A stretch of DNA of 64,000 bases from positions 18,977 to 82,976 of IMG/VR virus record IMGVR_UViG_3300037189_028117. One strand, written 5' to 3'. The notes below the pieces were generated by a model. That model worked only from the letters and a program-made list of their open reading frames with translations. It was not told the DNA's origin and searched no databases. Shown here one piece after another: positions 8,931 to 18,476 of this stretch; the first letter of the stretch is position 1; each line of letters starts with the position of its first letter. The DNA is from a virus. Taxonomy: Duplodnaviria; Heunggongvirae; Uroviricota; Caudoviricetes. Position numbers and translations under genes: made by a program.

Positions 8931-9650
8931 ATGAATATAATAAATGTTCCAAAAGGAACTCAAATACTCTTTGTTGGAGATATACACGAACACGATGATC
9001 AATTCTTTTCTTTAATGGAAAATTGGAAACCTTCTCTTGAAAGATGGGTCGTATCCCTGGGAGACGTGTGCGACAAGGGCAAGGGAGATGGAGCTTTCGA
9101 AAAGGTGTCTCATTTTTTGCAGGACGGCCACAGGCAGGGATGGGCAAGAGCAATCAAGGGAAACCACGAGCTGAAGCGTCTAAAAAATAGAAGACACAAT
9201 CTGAAAGATTATGACTTGTGGTGGAAAGAAAGACAAATTTCACTTTCATTTCAATTTTACAATTCAAATATTATAACTTGTGTTCATGCAGGAATTCCAC
9301 CCAAACTATCAAGCGATGATTTGAAAAAAAATCTTGATGTTTGTTATGTCAGAGACGTTGACGACCAAGGAATCATTCCATTAATTTGGAAACATGATGA
9401 AATAAATCCAAAGTTGGTCAAGGCTCGCGAAGGTGGGATTTCTTGGCATGAAATTTATGATGGACGTTTTGGTTATGTTATTTCCGGACATAATGCTCAA
9501 ACAGATGGCATTCCAAAGTTTTTTAATTATTCCTGCAATATAGATACAGGAGTATATGAAACTGGAATTTTAACTGGTCAAATTATTGATGAAAATGGAA
9601 AACTAGGAGAAACCTTACAAATTAAAGGTGAAGTTTTTAGAAGTAAATAA
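8931..9650 (+). CDS. calcineurin-like metallophosphoesterase (PPP family)
   Basis: 'LFVGDIHEHDD', 'SLGDVCDKG', 'GNHE' metallophosphatase motifs; contains a GC3-rich patch 9048-9182. Confidence 0.75.
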   Translation: MNIINVPKGTQILFVGDIHEHDDQFFSLMENWKPSLERWVVSLGDVCDKGKGDGAFEKVSHFLQDGHRQGWARAIKGNHELKRLKNRRHNLKDYDLWWKERQISLSFQFYNSNIITCVHAGIPPKLSSDDLKKNLDVCYVRDVDDQGIIPLIWKHDEINPKLVKAREGGISWHEIYDGRFGYVISGHNAQTDGIPKFFNYSCNIDTGVYETGILTGQIIDENGKLGETLQIKGEVFRSK

Positions 9651-9657
9651 GTTTTAA

Positions 9658-9770
9658 AAACTAAGTAAATATTATTTACTAAGTAAATATTACCTATAAT
9701 CTTGATTATAGGTAAATTTATTTACTAAGTAATATTTACTTAGTAAATAATATATATTATTTACTAACAA
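9658..9770. promoter_or_regulatory. array of 4-5 dyad-symmetric sites (ATTTAC-TAA-GTAAAT) plus 20-bp palindrome, candidate operator/iteron region
   Basis: direct copies at 9658-9674 and 9675-9692, perfect 13+3+13 palindrome 9720-9748, partial copy 9759-9769; hairpin 'cctataatcttgattatagg' 9693-9712. Confidence 0.6.
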
Positions 9771-9777
9771 AATATTA

Positions 9778-9804
9778 CGAAGTAATATTTTACTTCGTTT
9801 TTTG
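9778..9804 (+). terminator. intrinsic terminator
   Basis: 'cgaagtaa-tatt-ttacttcg' 8-bp stem + 'ttttttg'. Confidence 0.6.
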
Positions 9805-9807
9805 ATT

Positions 9808-9835
9808 TTGCAATTATTACAATATATGTTATAAT
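9808..9835 (+). promoter_or_regulatory. sigma70-like promoter with extended -10 (TTGCAA-16-TGtTATAAT), near-leaderless for ORF at 9843
   Basis: -35 9808-9813, -10 9830-9835 preceded by TG; ATG at 9843. Confidence 0.5.
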
Positions 9836-9842
9836 ATAATAA

Positions 9843-10199
9843 ATGGAAGATAAGTTAAATTTACCAGAATTAAATCCAAATTTATTCTCTTATTTAGAAG
9901 AAATAAAATTTAACAATCCAGTTAAATTAACAAATCAAGAAGAATTGCTTTTTAAATTAAAAGCTCACATTGATTTGCCTATGAATTTAATAGTCTTCAT
10001 TATAGAAGAATTTTTAAATGAAGCAAAATCGGCACTTATAATAGGAGATTCGATTGACATGAGGCCGATAGGTATGCTATACACGGACAAAGACTCTGAG
10101 ATTTCAAGGTTGGTCAAGTTAAAAAGACATAAAAATTTAAAACGTAGAATTATATATGGAAAAAAACATAAATATGAACATTTCAGAAGTTCCAAGTGA
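9843..10199 (+). CDS. hypothetical protein (118 aa)
   Basis: first ORF after promoter/operator region. Confidence 0.45.
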   Translation: MEDKLNLPELNPNLFSYLEEIKFNNPVKLTNQEELLFKLKAHIDLPMNLIVFIIEEFLNEAKSALIIGDSIDMRPIGMLYTDKDSEISRLVKLKRHKNLKRRIIYGKKHKYEHFRSSK

Positions 10200-10572
10200 A
10201 AGTTTAATTAATTATATTTCAAATTATCAAGTTACAAAAATAAATAAAGAATTATCTAAAAATTGTATGATTGAACTCTTAAGAAGAAGATCTGAAGGAG
10301 AAGATTTGGATTTTGAAAAATTAATTTCTGATAAAGTAAATTTATTAAAGTCTGTTGGTAAAGGTTATGTGGTAAAAATTGATCCTAGATTTGATTTAAA
10401 TAAATCTGTTGAAAAGATATATAATATATCTCCATGTATGATTTTTAATAGAACAGAAAATTTAATCCATGTTGGAATTCCAATTGATGAAAAAATTAAA
10501 CAAATATGTTCTTTAGAAGAATCAATTATGTTTGAAAGCGATAAAAACTACTTACATTTAAGTTTAGAGTAA
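10156..10572 (+). CDS. hypothetical protein (138 aa)
   Basis: ORF; start uncertain (overlap with previous). Confidence 0.4.
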   Translation: MEKNINMNISEVPSESLINYISNYQVTKINKELSKNCMIELLRRRSEGEDLDFEKLISDKVNLLKSVGKGYVVKIDPRFDLNKSVEKIYNISPCMIFNRTENLIHVGIPIDEKIKQICSLEESIMFESDKNYLHLSLE

Positions 10573-10575
10573 ATT

Positions 10576-11001
10576 ATGAATCATTTAGAATATATAATAT
10601 CAAATTACGATGAAGAAATAACTAGAATGGGTAATGGTGAAGGTTTTTCTAGTGATTATAATTTGGTATTTCAAGGTTTATCTATTGAAGATTTAATATA
10701 CCTGAAAGAAAAATTAAATCCTGATCCGTCTATTTGGTCTTGGTTTATACCATATGATAAATTGGAAAAAATATTTCCCAATTGTAAAAAATGTATTATA
10801 CATTATAAAAAATTGGGTTATAGACAAAAACAAACTTGGTCAATAGAAATTTATGATTATAAAAATTTAGTTACTTTCTATGATGATCGTGAAAATTCAG
10901 ATGTGATTGATTTACAATATGCGGATATTATAAAAATATTTAATGATAATGACATAGAAAAAGATATTAAAGAATATTTCCTTTTAAAGGACATTATATG
11001 A
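10576..11001 (+). CDS. hypothetical protein ending 'LLKDII', ATGA-coupled
   Basis: shares C-terminal motif and junction with repeat family but lacks repeats. Confidence 0.45.
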   Translation: MNHLEYIISNYDEEITRMGNGEGFSSDYNLVFQGLSIEDLIYLKEKLNPDPSIWSWFIPYDKLEKIFPNCKKCIIHYKKLGYRQKQTWSIEIYDYKNLVTFYDDRENSDVIDLQYADIIKIFNDNDIEKDIKEYFLLKDII

Positions 11002-11351
11002 AATATATTGTTGTTTCAATTTTTATACCCGAATCTGGAGATAAATCTATTTATATTGCAACAAAAATTAATAGTAAAGAATTAATTGAAGAACCAATAT
11101 TTGATTGGGAAAACCTTGAATTTATAAAACAAATCTTTAATATAAAATTGATAATTAAAAATAATAAAGTAGATATAAATGAATTTATTAAAATTCATAA
11201 TTTCATCTTTTTAGAAGAAGATTTGTGCAGAATCTGTAACAAAACAAGAATATTTATTCCTTTAAAAGATTCATTTTCTTCAATTGAAGATTTTGAATCA
11301 TATGTTAAAAATGAAATTGATAAATTTGAATTATTTAAGGAAATTATATGA
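10998..11351 (+). CDS. hypothetical protein ending 'LFKEII', ATGA-coupled
   Basis: as above. Confidence 0.45.
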   Translation: MKYIVVSIFIPESGDKSIYIATKINSKELIEEPIFDWENLEFIKQIFNIKLIIKNNKVDINEFIKIHNFIFLEEDLCRICNKTRIFIPLKDSFSSIEDFESYVKNEIDKFELFKEII

Positions 11352-11938
11352 ATAAAGATAAACTATTTTTAAAAACTAAAAGGTATCCACAAAAAGAATT
11401 AGAAAAATATATTAATCTTTTTAATTCAAAAGATTGGAATAACATTTCTAAATATCAATATTTGTCAGAAAAATTTATTGAAAAACATTCAGATAAAATT
11501 AATTGGAAATTAATTTCTGCTCATCAAACTTTATCCGAAAAATTTATAGAAAAACATTACAATAAAGTTGATTGGGTTTATATTTCTCGTTGTCAAAAAT
11601 TAACAGAATTTCTTATAGAAAAACATTCAAATAAAATATCTTGGGGTTTTATTTCTTATTATCAAACTTTATCAGAATCATTTATTGAAAAATATCAGGA
11701 TAAACTTCATTGGTATTGGATTTCTTGGGCCCAAAGTTTATCTGAAGATTTTATTGAAAAACATTCAGATAAAATCTATTGGGATTGTATATCTCGATAT
11801 CAAAACTTATCTAAAGAATTTATAAAAAAACACGTTAATAAAATTAATTTTTATTATTTAAAATATAATAAAAACATTTCGAAAGAATTAAGATTAAAAA
11901 TTAAAAAAGAAATTGAATTATTGAAAGAAATTATATGA
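11348..11938 (+). CDS. 23-aa-repeat family protein (6 repeats)
   Basis: six consecutive 'SxYQxLSExFIEKHSDKIxWxxI' units; 'IELLKEII'. Confidence 0.75.
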   Translation: MNKDKLFLKTKRYPQKELEKYINLFNSKDWNNISKYQYLSEKFIEKHSDKINWKLISAHQTLSEKFIEKHYNKVDWVYISRCQKLTEFLIEKHSNKISWGFISYYQTLSESFIEKYQDKLHWYWISWAQSLSEDFIEKHSDKIYWDCISRYQNLSKEFIKKHVNKINFYYLKYNKNISKELRLKIKKEIELLKEII

Positions 11939-12144
11939 AGTCAAAATTAGTATTTTTTATAATTGCACCAGAAATTTCAATAGAATCTGCAGCTTTAGCT
12001 TTTAAAGAGAAATATTCTGAGTTCTTTAAAACTCATAATTTTTTAAAATCATTAGAGCATAACTATTTTAGTTATAACGGTGATTCTTGCGAAGAAATGA
12101 TTGAAGAATATAAGAAATATTTGTTGTTACAGGAAATAATATGA
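11935..12144 (+). CDS. hypothetical small protein ending 'LLQEII'
   Basis: ATGA-coupled small ORF. Confidence 0.4.
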   Translation: MKSKLVFFIIAPEISIESAALAFKEKYSEFFKTHNFLKSLEHNYFSYNGDSCEEMIEEYKKYLLLQEII

Positions 12145-12329
12145 CTAACATTTTAAAAATATCAAAGTTTTTAATAAAAGAAAATATAAAATTTTTCACA
12201 ATAGGATATAAAGAAAATTATTTTGTTGTTTTCTATATATTCGGAAATAGAGATGAAAACTCAATTTTTGAGTTTGAAGATATTAAGTATAAATTTAGAA
12301 AGGTTAATTACCCACATTATGAAAATTGA
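12141..12329 (+). CDS. hypothetical small protein
   Basis: ATGA overlap (ATGAAAATTGA) with RNA ligase start. Confidence 0.35.
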   Translation: MTNILKISKFLIKENIKFFTIGYKENYFVVFYIFGNRDENSIFEFEDIKYKFRKVNYPHYEN

Positions 12330-13398
12330 TATATCAAAATACAACCTTGAAGATTTCAGAATATTAGAGACTAATATTGCTGGAGAAAAGTGTTATTTAA
12401 TTAATCCAAATCATATAAACACAAAATGGACAAAAGAAAATTTAATTTTCCGTTCATCTATGTGGAATTCGAATTGGGAATCAATATCTCTTTCGTTCAA
12501 AAAGTTTTTTAATTGGGAAGAACAAACAGAGATGATACCAAAGCCTAATTCATTAAAAGAAGCGAAGTGCATTGAAAAAATTGATGGTTCTACTCTAATT
12601 ATTTCAAAATACAAGGGTGAATTAATTATTCGCACAAGAGGAACTACTTCCGCTTATAATTTAGAAAATGGTAATGAAATTGATTTTCTAAAACAAAAAT
12701 ATCCAAATTGTTTTAATTTTACAAATGAAAATCAAACTTATATTTATGAATGGGTTTCTCCTGTAAATAAAATTGTAATAAATTATGGTAATGATCCTGA
12801 TATTTATTTAACTGCCGTTATCAATCATTCGGATTATAGCATGGTTAAACAATCTGAATTAGATAAAATTGCTTTAACTTTGGGTGTTAAAAGACCAAAG
12901 GTATTTTCTTTTAAATCAATTGATGACATGGTATACTTGATTGATAACTTAAAAGGTCAAGAGGGTATCTGTGTTTATTTTAAAAACGAACAAGAAATAA
13001 AAAAAGTAAAATCTGCTTGGTATCTAACTTTGCATAGGATGAAAACTGAACTTGGTTCCTTTGAAAGGGTTGTAGATTTATATTTTGTAATAAATAAGCC
13101 GGATTATAATACATACTACCAATATGTAGTTGATAATTTTGATTATGAGCTTGCAGAATCTTGTAAATCTCATATTTCAAGAATATGTGATGGAATGAAG
13201 GAAGTTAACAAAATAGTGAAAGCGATGAAAGAAAAAGCTGATGAAGTAAGAGGCTTGACAAGAAAGGAAGCTGCCGCTATAATTCTTTCTGATTACGGAG
13301 TTACAAACCGTTCTGGAATGGTATTTTCTTTATTAGATAATAAACCTTTACAGGATAAAGATTATAAAAGATTATTATTTCAAGTAACCAAAATGTAA
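12319..13398 (+). CDS. RNA ligase, T4 Rnl1-like
   Basis: motif I 'EKIDGSTLIISKYKGELIIRTRG' (T4 Rnl1 '[23 protein letters not shown]'); 'YEWVSPVNKIVINY', 'KVKSAWYLTLH' colinear with Rnl1; start taken at 'MKIDISKY'. Confidence 0.75.
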   Translation: MKIDISKYNLEDFRILETNIAGEKCYLINPNHINTKWTKENLIFRSSMWNSNWESISLSFKKFFNWEEQTEMIPKPNSLKEAKCIEKIDGSTLIISKYKGELIIRTRGTTSAYNLENGNEIDFLKQKYPNCFNFTNENQTYIYEWVSPVNKIVINYGNDPDIYLTAVINHSDYSMVKQSELDKIALTLGVKRPKVFSFKSIDDMVYLIDNLKGQEGICVYFKNEQEIKKVKSAWYLTLHRMKTELGSFERVVDLYFVINKPDYNTYYQYVVDNFDYELAESCKSHISRICDGMKEVNKIVKAMKEKADEVRGLTRKEAAAIILSDYGVTNRSGMVFSLLDNKPLQDKDYKRLLFQVTKM

Positions 13399-13399
13399 T

Positions 13400-13669
13400 A
13401 TGGAACAATTTTTTGGATATGTTGGTGCTCTATTTTTGGCAGTCAGTGGTATTCCGCAGGCTATAAAATCAATTATAGATGGTCATTCTAGAGGAGTTTC
13501 TCATGGAACCGTTTGGTTATGGTTTTGGGGAGAAGTTTTTATGACCATATATGTTCTATCAACATATTCAAATGATTATAAGTTGTTGGTTAATTATATA
13601 TTAAATTGTATAATTATTTCTATTGTTTTGAAATATAAATACTTTGAAAGAAAAAAGAATGACAAATAA
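13400..13669 (+). CDS. PQ-loop / SemiSWEET-like 3-TM membrane protein
   Basis: 89 aa, three hydrophobic helices, 'SGIPQAIKSI' PQ motif in TM1. Confidence 0.55.
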   Translation: MEQFFGYVGALFLAVSGIPQAIKSIIDGHSRGVSHGTVWLWFWGEVFMTIYVLSTYSNDYKLLVNYILNCIIISIVLKYKYFERKKNDK

Positions 13670-14156
13670 AAGCTCGTATTCATTAACAAAACAGCAAGAA
13701 GATGCAATACTGGAAATGTATCGTGTAGGTTTACATGATATGTTAAGAGTACGCTTAGATGATAATTTATATGAACTATCTTTCTTGGAAAGGCTTGTTT
13801 CATGTGCTTCTACAGTTTTGAATTCTTATATGTGGGGATGTATTTCAAACAATGAAAATTTAAGTTTAGACTTTATAAAATCTAATATTGATAATATAGA
13901 ATTATATGATTTAACATGCTTTGCAAATTTTTCTGAAAAGGAAATAGAAGAAATTTTAGAAATTTGTTATAAAAAACGACGTGATTATTTTGTGGCTTCT
14001 AATATTTGTAATCAAGCAAAAATGTCAAAAGAATTTATAATAAAAAATTATGAAAAGCTTAATGTAAGAGAAAATTTTCATTGGATACGTTGCAATGAAA
14101 ATATACCCGAAGATGTTAGAGAAGAATTGGAATGTTTGGAGGATATAATTAAATGA
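13644..14156 (+). CDS. hypothetical protein (170 aa), possibly very divergent repeat-family relative
   Basis: ends 'ELECLEDIIK'; weak 'NENLSLDFIKSNIDNIELYDL' repeat-like segments. Confidence 0.4.
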   Translation: MKEKRMTNKSSYSLTKQQEDAILEMYRVGLHDMLRVRLDDNLYELSFLERLVSCASTVLNSYMWGCISNNENLSLDFIKSNIDNIELYDLTCFANFSEKEIEEILEICYKKRRDYFVASNICNQAKMSKEFIIKNYEKLNVRENFHWIRCNENIPEDVREELECLEDIIK

Positions 14157-14491
14157 TACTAGTTTTAGTGGTTTTTTTATATTTTATAATTACATTAATT
14201 AGGTTTAATTTTAATACAAAAGATAGATGCGAAATAGTTATGTGTGATGATGGTAGTTATGCCATAAAATGGTATAATTTTCCACATATTAAATATCAAT
14301 ATAGGCATTTTTGGAAAAAAGTTTATAATACAGAAATGGAGGCTGTAGAAGGAATGTTGTTTGAGTCTCATCTTAAAATGATGGAAAAAGAAAGAGAATT
14401 AATAAAAATGGAAAAACAAAAACAATTTAAAAATAAGACTTTTTCAAAAGAAGAAATTGAAAATTTATTAACTACAAAAGATATAATATGA
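14153..14491 (+). CDS. hypothetical protein with N-terminal TM helix, ends 'LLTTKDII'
   Basis: ATGA-coupled. Confidence 0.4.
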   Translation: MILVLVVFLYFIITLIRFNFNTKDRCEIVMCDDGSYAIKWYNFPHIKYQYRHFWKKVYNTEMEAVEGMLFESHLKMMEKERELIKMEKQKQFKNKTFSKEEIENLLTTKDII

Positions 14492-14976
14492 TTCATAAAA
14501 ATTTAAAAAAAGAATTAATAAAGACAATATTTGGAACAATGGGGATAAGTTTCCCGCCAAATTTTGGTTTATCTGGAATTTCTACAAATGATTATATAAA
14601 CGATTATATTTCAATTACATATGAAGATTCCGATTTGTATAAATATCCAATTTATTGTGGAGAGACTTATGAATCAAAGTTAAGATTAAGGTTTATGTTT
14701 ATTGATTTATTTGATGAAAAAAATAAATTTCATGAATTTTATGGAATATATGTTTTGGATGATGGTTTAAAAAATTATAAGTTAATAAAATTAACATCTG
14801 ACGAAGATTTCAATTATTTATCATTTGACTCAAATAAATGGAGAGAATTTTCTTTGTTTGAAATGTTAAATTCATGTTCTACATTTGTAAGGATGATGGA
14901 TATTGGTTATACATGGAAGCCATGTAAAGAATTTGATGATCTAAAAGATAAACTTTTAGAATTCTTGGATAATTAA
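14488..14976 (+). CDS. hypothetical protein (162 aa)
   Basis: ORF. Confidence 0.4.
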   Translation: MIHKNLKKELIKTIFGTMGISFPPNFGLSGISTNDYINDYISITYEDSDLYKYPIYCGETYESKLRLRFMFIDLFDEKNKFHEFYGIYVLDDGLKNYKLIKLTSDEDFNYLSFDSNKWREFSLFEMLNSCSTFVRMMDIGYTWKPCKEFDDLKDKLLEFLDN

Positions 14977-14989
14977 AGAAAGGGTTGAT

Positions 14990-15484
14990 ATGGAAGAAAA
15001 AATTGATTTTTGCGAAAAATTTGTTTCAGATTGTATTAAATCAGGAATAACAAAACCTAATGATATTTGTGATTTAGCTCTCAAAAAGATAGAAGAGATA
15101 GATTTAGAAATAGAAAAAGCTAAAATTCTAAGATTGGAGAGAGATAAGTATCAATCTGTTTTGAGAAACTTTAATCATAAATCTATAAAAACAAGAGGTA
15201 GAAAACAAAATCCAACAATTGTCAATTTTGATGCTGATTCTGATATGGAAGAGTATGAAACTCTCATTGTTGATATTATTACACAATTTACTGATGTTAA
15301 TAATATGACCGTGGTTGACTTGGCCGGCCGAGTGGGGTATGGTGCTGGGACTGACCCCACCCCTTTATATACGGCGTTGAAGTGGCTTCAAGCTAAAAAT
15401 ATACTCTTTAGAGAGGTGGATAGGTCACTTTCTCGTGGCAGTAATTGGGATAATAGATTTAATTTTATAAAGAAAGAAGGCTGA
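14990..15484 (+). CDS. hypothetical protein (164 aa)
   Basis: RBS 'aaagggttgat'; contains GC3-rich patch 15306-15395. Confidence 0.45.
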   Translation: MEEKIDFCEKFVSDCIKSGITKPNDICDLALKKIEEIDLEIEKAKILRLERDKYQSVLRNFNHKSIKTRGRKQNPTIVNFDADSDMEEYETLIVDIITQFTDVNNMTVVDLAGRVGYGAGTDPTPLYTALKWLQAKNILFREVDRSLSRGSNWDNRFNFIKKEG

Positions 15485-15486
15485 TT

Positions 15487-16155
15487 ATGCGTTTTAAACA
15501 AGAAGATTTTTTTAACAATTTGGATTCTTTTCTTGAAGAAGTAAAGGTTAAAGAGAGTAAGAAAAAGAAAAAAACCTACAAAGGTACAATTAATGGTTTT
15601 GTAGGTAATTACGATTTTCTTTCAAATTTATTTTGTAGACCACAAACATCAATAATTTATTTTAATACCGTAAATGAAAAAGGTCAAGAAATGTTGACTT
15701 CAGTTATGGAAACTGCACCAACTCTAGAGCATCTATTTCAGATGTCTAAAACAATCAATCGTGAACAACAATTAAAGATTAAAGAAGCTCATACACCACT
15801 TCAAGCAAGAAGGTTAGGTTCAAAAGTGGATTTAATTAGTAATTGGGATGAGAAAAGGGTTCCAGTAATGAAGTCATTATTGGAGGATAAATTTTCTCAA
15901 CACTTTGATTTGAGATTAAAGCTTCTTGTAACTAATGGTTTTAAACTTGTAAATGAATCTCCATTAAACGAACCATTTTGGGCAACAAAAAATGGAAATG
16001 GAGAAAATATGTTGGGAAAACTTTTAGAAGAAGTTAGGAGTAGAATAATTAGAGATAGTGGTTCTCCAAAAGAAATTTTGCAAGCTTATTTGTCAAGGGA
16101 TGGTCTTGGTTTTATTTGCGATTGGTTTGAGGAAAATAAAATGAAAATTGTATGA
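15487..16155 (+). CDS. NADAR (YbiA-like, DUF1768) domain protein
   Basis: 'GNYDFLSNLF', 'EHLFQ', 'ARRLGSK', 'LKLLVTNGFKLVNESPLNEPFWATKNGNGENMLGKLLEEVRSRI' match the NADAR signature (LSNF...EHYFQ...ARK.GR...L.TG...L.E.S..D..WG.G.G.N.LG..LM..R). Confidence 0.7.
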   Translation: MRFKQEDFFNNLDSFLEEVKVKESKKKKKTYKGTINGFVGNYDFLSNLFCRPQTSIIYFNTVNEKGQEMLTSVMETAPTLEHLFQMSKTINREQQLKIKEAHTPLQARRLGSKVDLISNWDEKRVPVMKSLLEDKFSQHFDLRLKLLVTNGFKLVNESPLNEPFWATKNGNGENMLGKLLEEVRSRIIRDSGSPKEILQAYLSRDGLGFICDWFEENKMKIV

Positions 16156-16598
16156 AACATAATTTACATTTACAATCTAAAAAATATTCTGAAAAAGAAT
16201 TGGAAGATAATATTGGTTTATTTGATGAATATGATTGGCATGCAATTTGTTATGCACAGATTTTATCTGAAAAATTTATAGAAAAACACTCAGATAAAAT
16301 TAACTGGAATATTATAAGTTATTGCCAATTTTTATCCGAAAGGTTTATAGAAAAACATTGGAATAAAGTTGATTGGAAAACCATTGCAATTAAACAAGAA
16401 TTATCCGAAAAATTTATTGAAAAACACATGCTTCATATGGATAAAATTACTTGGAATTTTATTTCTAGATACCAAAAGCTATCAGAAGAATTCATTAAAA
16501 AACATATAAATAAACTTGAATTAAATAATTTATTTAATAATAAAAAAGTTTCAGAAGAAACCAAAAATGAAATAAAATTATTAAAAGAAGTTATATGA
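16152..16598 (+). CDS. 23-aa-repeat family protein (4 repeats)
   Basis: 'MKHNLHLQSKKYSEKELEDNIGLFDEYDW', 'EIKLLKEVI'. Confidence 0.7.
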   Translation: MKHNLHLQSKKYSEKELEDNIGLFDEYDWHAICYAQILSEKFIEKHSDKINWNIISYCQFLSERFIEKHWNKVDWKTIAIKQELSEKFIEKHMLHMDKITWNFISRYQKLSEEFIKKHINKLELNNLFNNKKVSEETKNEIKLLKEVI

Positions 16599-16893
16599 AA
16601 AGATACAATTTAAATATAATTAAATATAGTGAAAATTATTTACAACATAATTTTCATTCATTTGATTCAGTTGATTGGAGTTTAATATCTTCTTATCAGG
16701 TTTTATCGGAAGAATTTATTGAAAAAAAATTCACATAAAGTTAGTTGGAATGATATTTCTGCTAGTCAAAAATTGTCAGAAAAATTTATCAAAAAACATT
16801 TTAAATTACTTGATATAGATAGTTTGCTTTTAAATAAAAATATAAGTAAGAAAACAAAAGGGAAAATTCTATTATTAAAAGAAATAATATAAT
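16598..16893 (+). pseudogene. 23-aa-repeat family member split by frameshift in an A8 run (~16733)
   Basis: 'MKRYNLNIIKYSENYLQHNFHSFDSVDWSLISSYQVLSEEFIEKKFT*' then other frame 'KFTHKVSWNDISASQKLSEKFIKKHFKLLDIDSLLLNKNISKKTKGKILLLKEII*'. Confidence 0.55.
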
Positions 16894-17072
16894 GTACTCT
16901 ATACTATGTGAACTACTTTCACCTAAAAGTGAAGTCTTCCTATCTTTATTGAATAAAAAATATGATTTTTTGATTCAATAATCAAGGCTTTATATTCGGG
17001 CAGTTCCTGCCCTATTAACTTTATATTTTTTGTTGCATTGATATCCTTGTCATTAAGATATAGAATATATTG

Positions 17073-17102
17073 TTGACAAAACCTCACAAAAAGTAATATA
17101 AC
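17073..17102 (+). promoter_or_regulatory. candidate promoter TTGACA-18-TATAAC in 350-bp non-coding region with several hairpins
   Basis: -35 17073-17078; region 16894-17260 lacks ATG-initiated ORFs, has inverted repeats (tattgaat..attcaata; gggcag-ttc-ctgccc; cccttgcc-taaa-ggcaaggg). Confidence 0.35.
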
Positions 17103-17425
17103 AATAGGTACGAAAAATGTAAAAGAAAATTGTAAAAATTGTCAATTCATCCCTTGCCTAAAGGCAAGGGTCTTCTTGACTTTTTATATAAAAACGTTGA
17201 TGGGAAAAGAAAATATGTATCTTATCTTAAAGATTTTGATTTGTGGCCTTCATATGTAGGTGTCATGTTTACTGAAGATATAAATGATTCATATATTTTT
17301 GAAGCAGAAATGTTAAATTTTACATATATGGTAATTGATAATTATGATGATATAATTGAAGTCAAATTTAACACAAAAAAAGAACTGGATGATTTTATAA
17401 CTTTAGAAAATATTATTTAAAAATT

Positions 17426-17749
17426 ATGAAATATATCATATTAAATGCCAATATTAAATCTGATACAGTATATTTAGAGAAATGTAACTTTTTTCCAAAA
17501 AAAGTTTTTATTTCATCATTATTCTTATCAAATAATTGCTTACTATCCAAGTTAGATGTAGAAAGTTTATATAATGCATTATATAGGGTTGCAGGCGTAC
17601 GTTCGCACATGTATTCAAAAAATGGAATTACATATGTTAATTCAATGACTAAAAAAGTAACATATTCTTTTATTGTTTTTAAAGGAAAAAATATAAAAAC
17701 AATAAAAAATAATATAAAAAATTATCTTTTATTAAAGGATATTTTATGA
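17426..17749 (+). CDS. hypothetical protein ending 'LLKDIL'
   Basis: ATGA-coupled ORF. Confidence 0.4.
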   Translation: MKYIILNANIKSDTVYLEKCNFFPKKVFISSLFLSNNCLLSKLDVESLYNALYRVAGVRSHMYSKNGITYVNSMTKKVTYSFIVFKGKNIKTIKNNIKNYLLLKDIL

Positions 17750-18159
17750 AAAAATTTGATTTTTATAACAAAAAATATAAACAGAAATATATTGAAAAAA
17801 GATTATTATATCTTTCAAAAGAGGATTTCTACCCTCTTTTCTATTATCAAGGACTTAAACCAAGTTTTTTTATAGAAAATAAAGATTACTTATTATCTGT
17901 GGTAGATAAGAATTTTTTTTATAGTGGTTTGCTTAGATCTGGTGAATCCGAATTAATACCAGAAACTTTTCTAAATGAAAATTGGAAAGATATATTAGAA
18001 TATACACCTATAGCAAGTAGGTCTCTTATTATTCTTGATGAAGATTTTTTTATGAATCATATTCATGATTTTGATATGTACAATATATTAAAGTATAATT
18101 TTTCTATTTCAGAAAAAACAAAGAATGATATAAAAGATATTATTGAAATAATATGTTAA
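17746..18159 (+). CDS. degenerate repeat-family-like protein
   Basis: 'KKYKQKYIEKRLLYLSKEDFYPLFYYQGLKPSFFIENKDY', C-term 'ISEKTKNDIKDIIEII'. Confidence 0.45.
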   Translation: MKKFDFYNKKYKQKYIEKRLLYLSKEDFYPLFYYQGLKPSFFIENKDYLLSVVDKNFFYSGLLRSGESELIPETFLNENWKDILEYTPIASRSLIILDEDFFMNHIHDFDMYNILKYNFSISEKTKNDIKDIIEIIC

Positions 18160-18476
18160 ATAGAAATAAATCTAGATTTAGAAATAATATATCTAAAAAC
18201 ATAGTTAAAAAATCTGGTAGAGTTTTAACTAAACATAAGGTAGAAGAAGTTATTGCTTTGTTTTTAGAATTTATGTTATTAGATTTAATTGATTATAAAA
18301 TTGTATCTATAGAAAATTTTGGGTCTTTTTCTAGAGGTTTTAAGAAAATTAAGGACAAATATAGTATTGACTTTAAATTTCATCCATCGTATAACTTGAT
18401 GAAGAACTCTATAAAAAGAAGAGCTATAATGAGAAAACCAAAAAAGAAAGGTAAAATATATGGAAGAAGTAATTAA
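18153..18476 (+). CDS. HU/IHF-like DNA-binding protein (tentative)
   Basis: ~100 aa, 'VEEVIALFLEFMLLDLIDYKIVSIENFGSFS' resembles HU 'VDAVFDSITEALRKGDKVQLIGFGNFE' arm region, Lys/Arg-rich C-tail. Confidence 0.5.
   Translation: MLNRNKSRFRNNISKNIVKKSGRVLTKHKVEEVIALFLEFMLLDLIDYKIVSIENFGSFSRGFKKIKDKYSIDFKFHPSYNLMKNSIKRRAIMRKPKKKGKIYGRSN

Noticed and set aside
17139-17420. ORF called with TTG start
   Set aside because: No ATG until near the 3' end, traverses a GC-rich hairpin, lies in a region better explained as regulatory. Kept only as an uncertainty, not as a feature.
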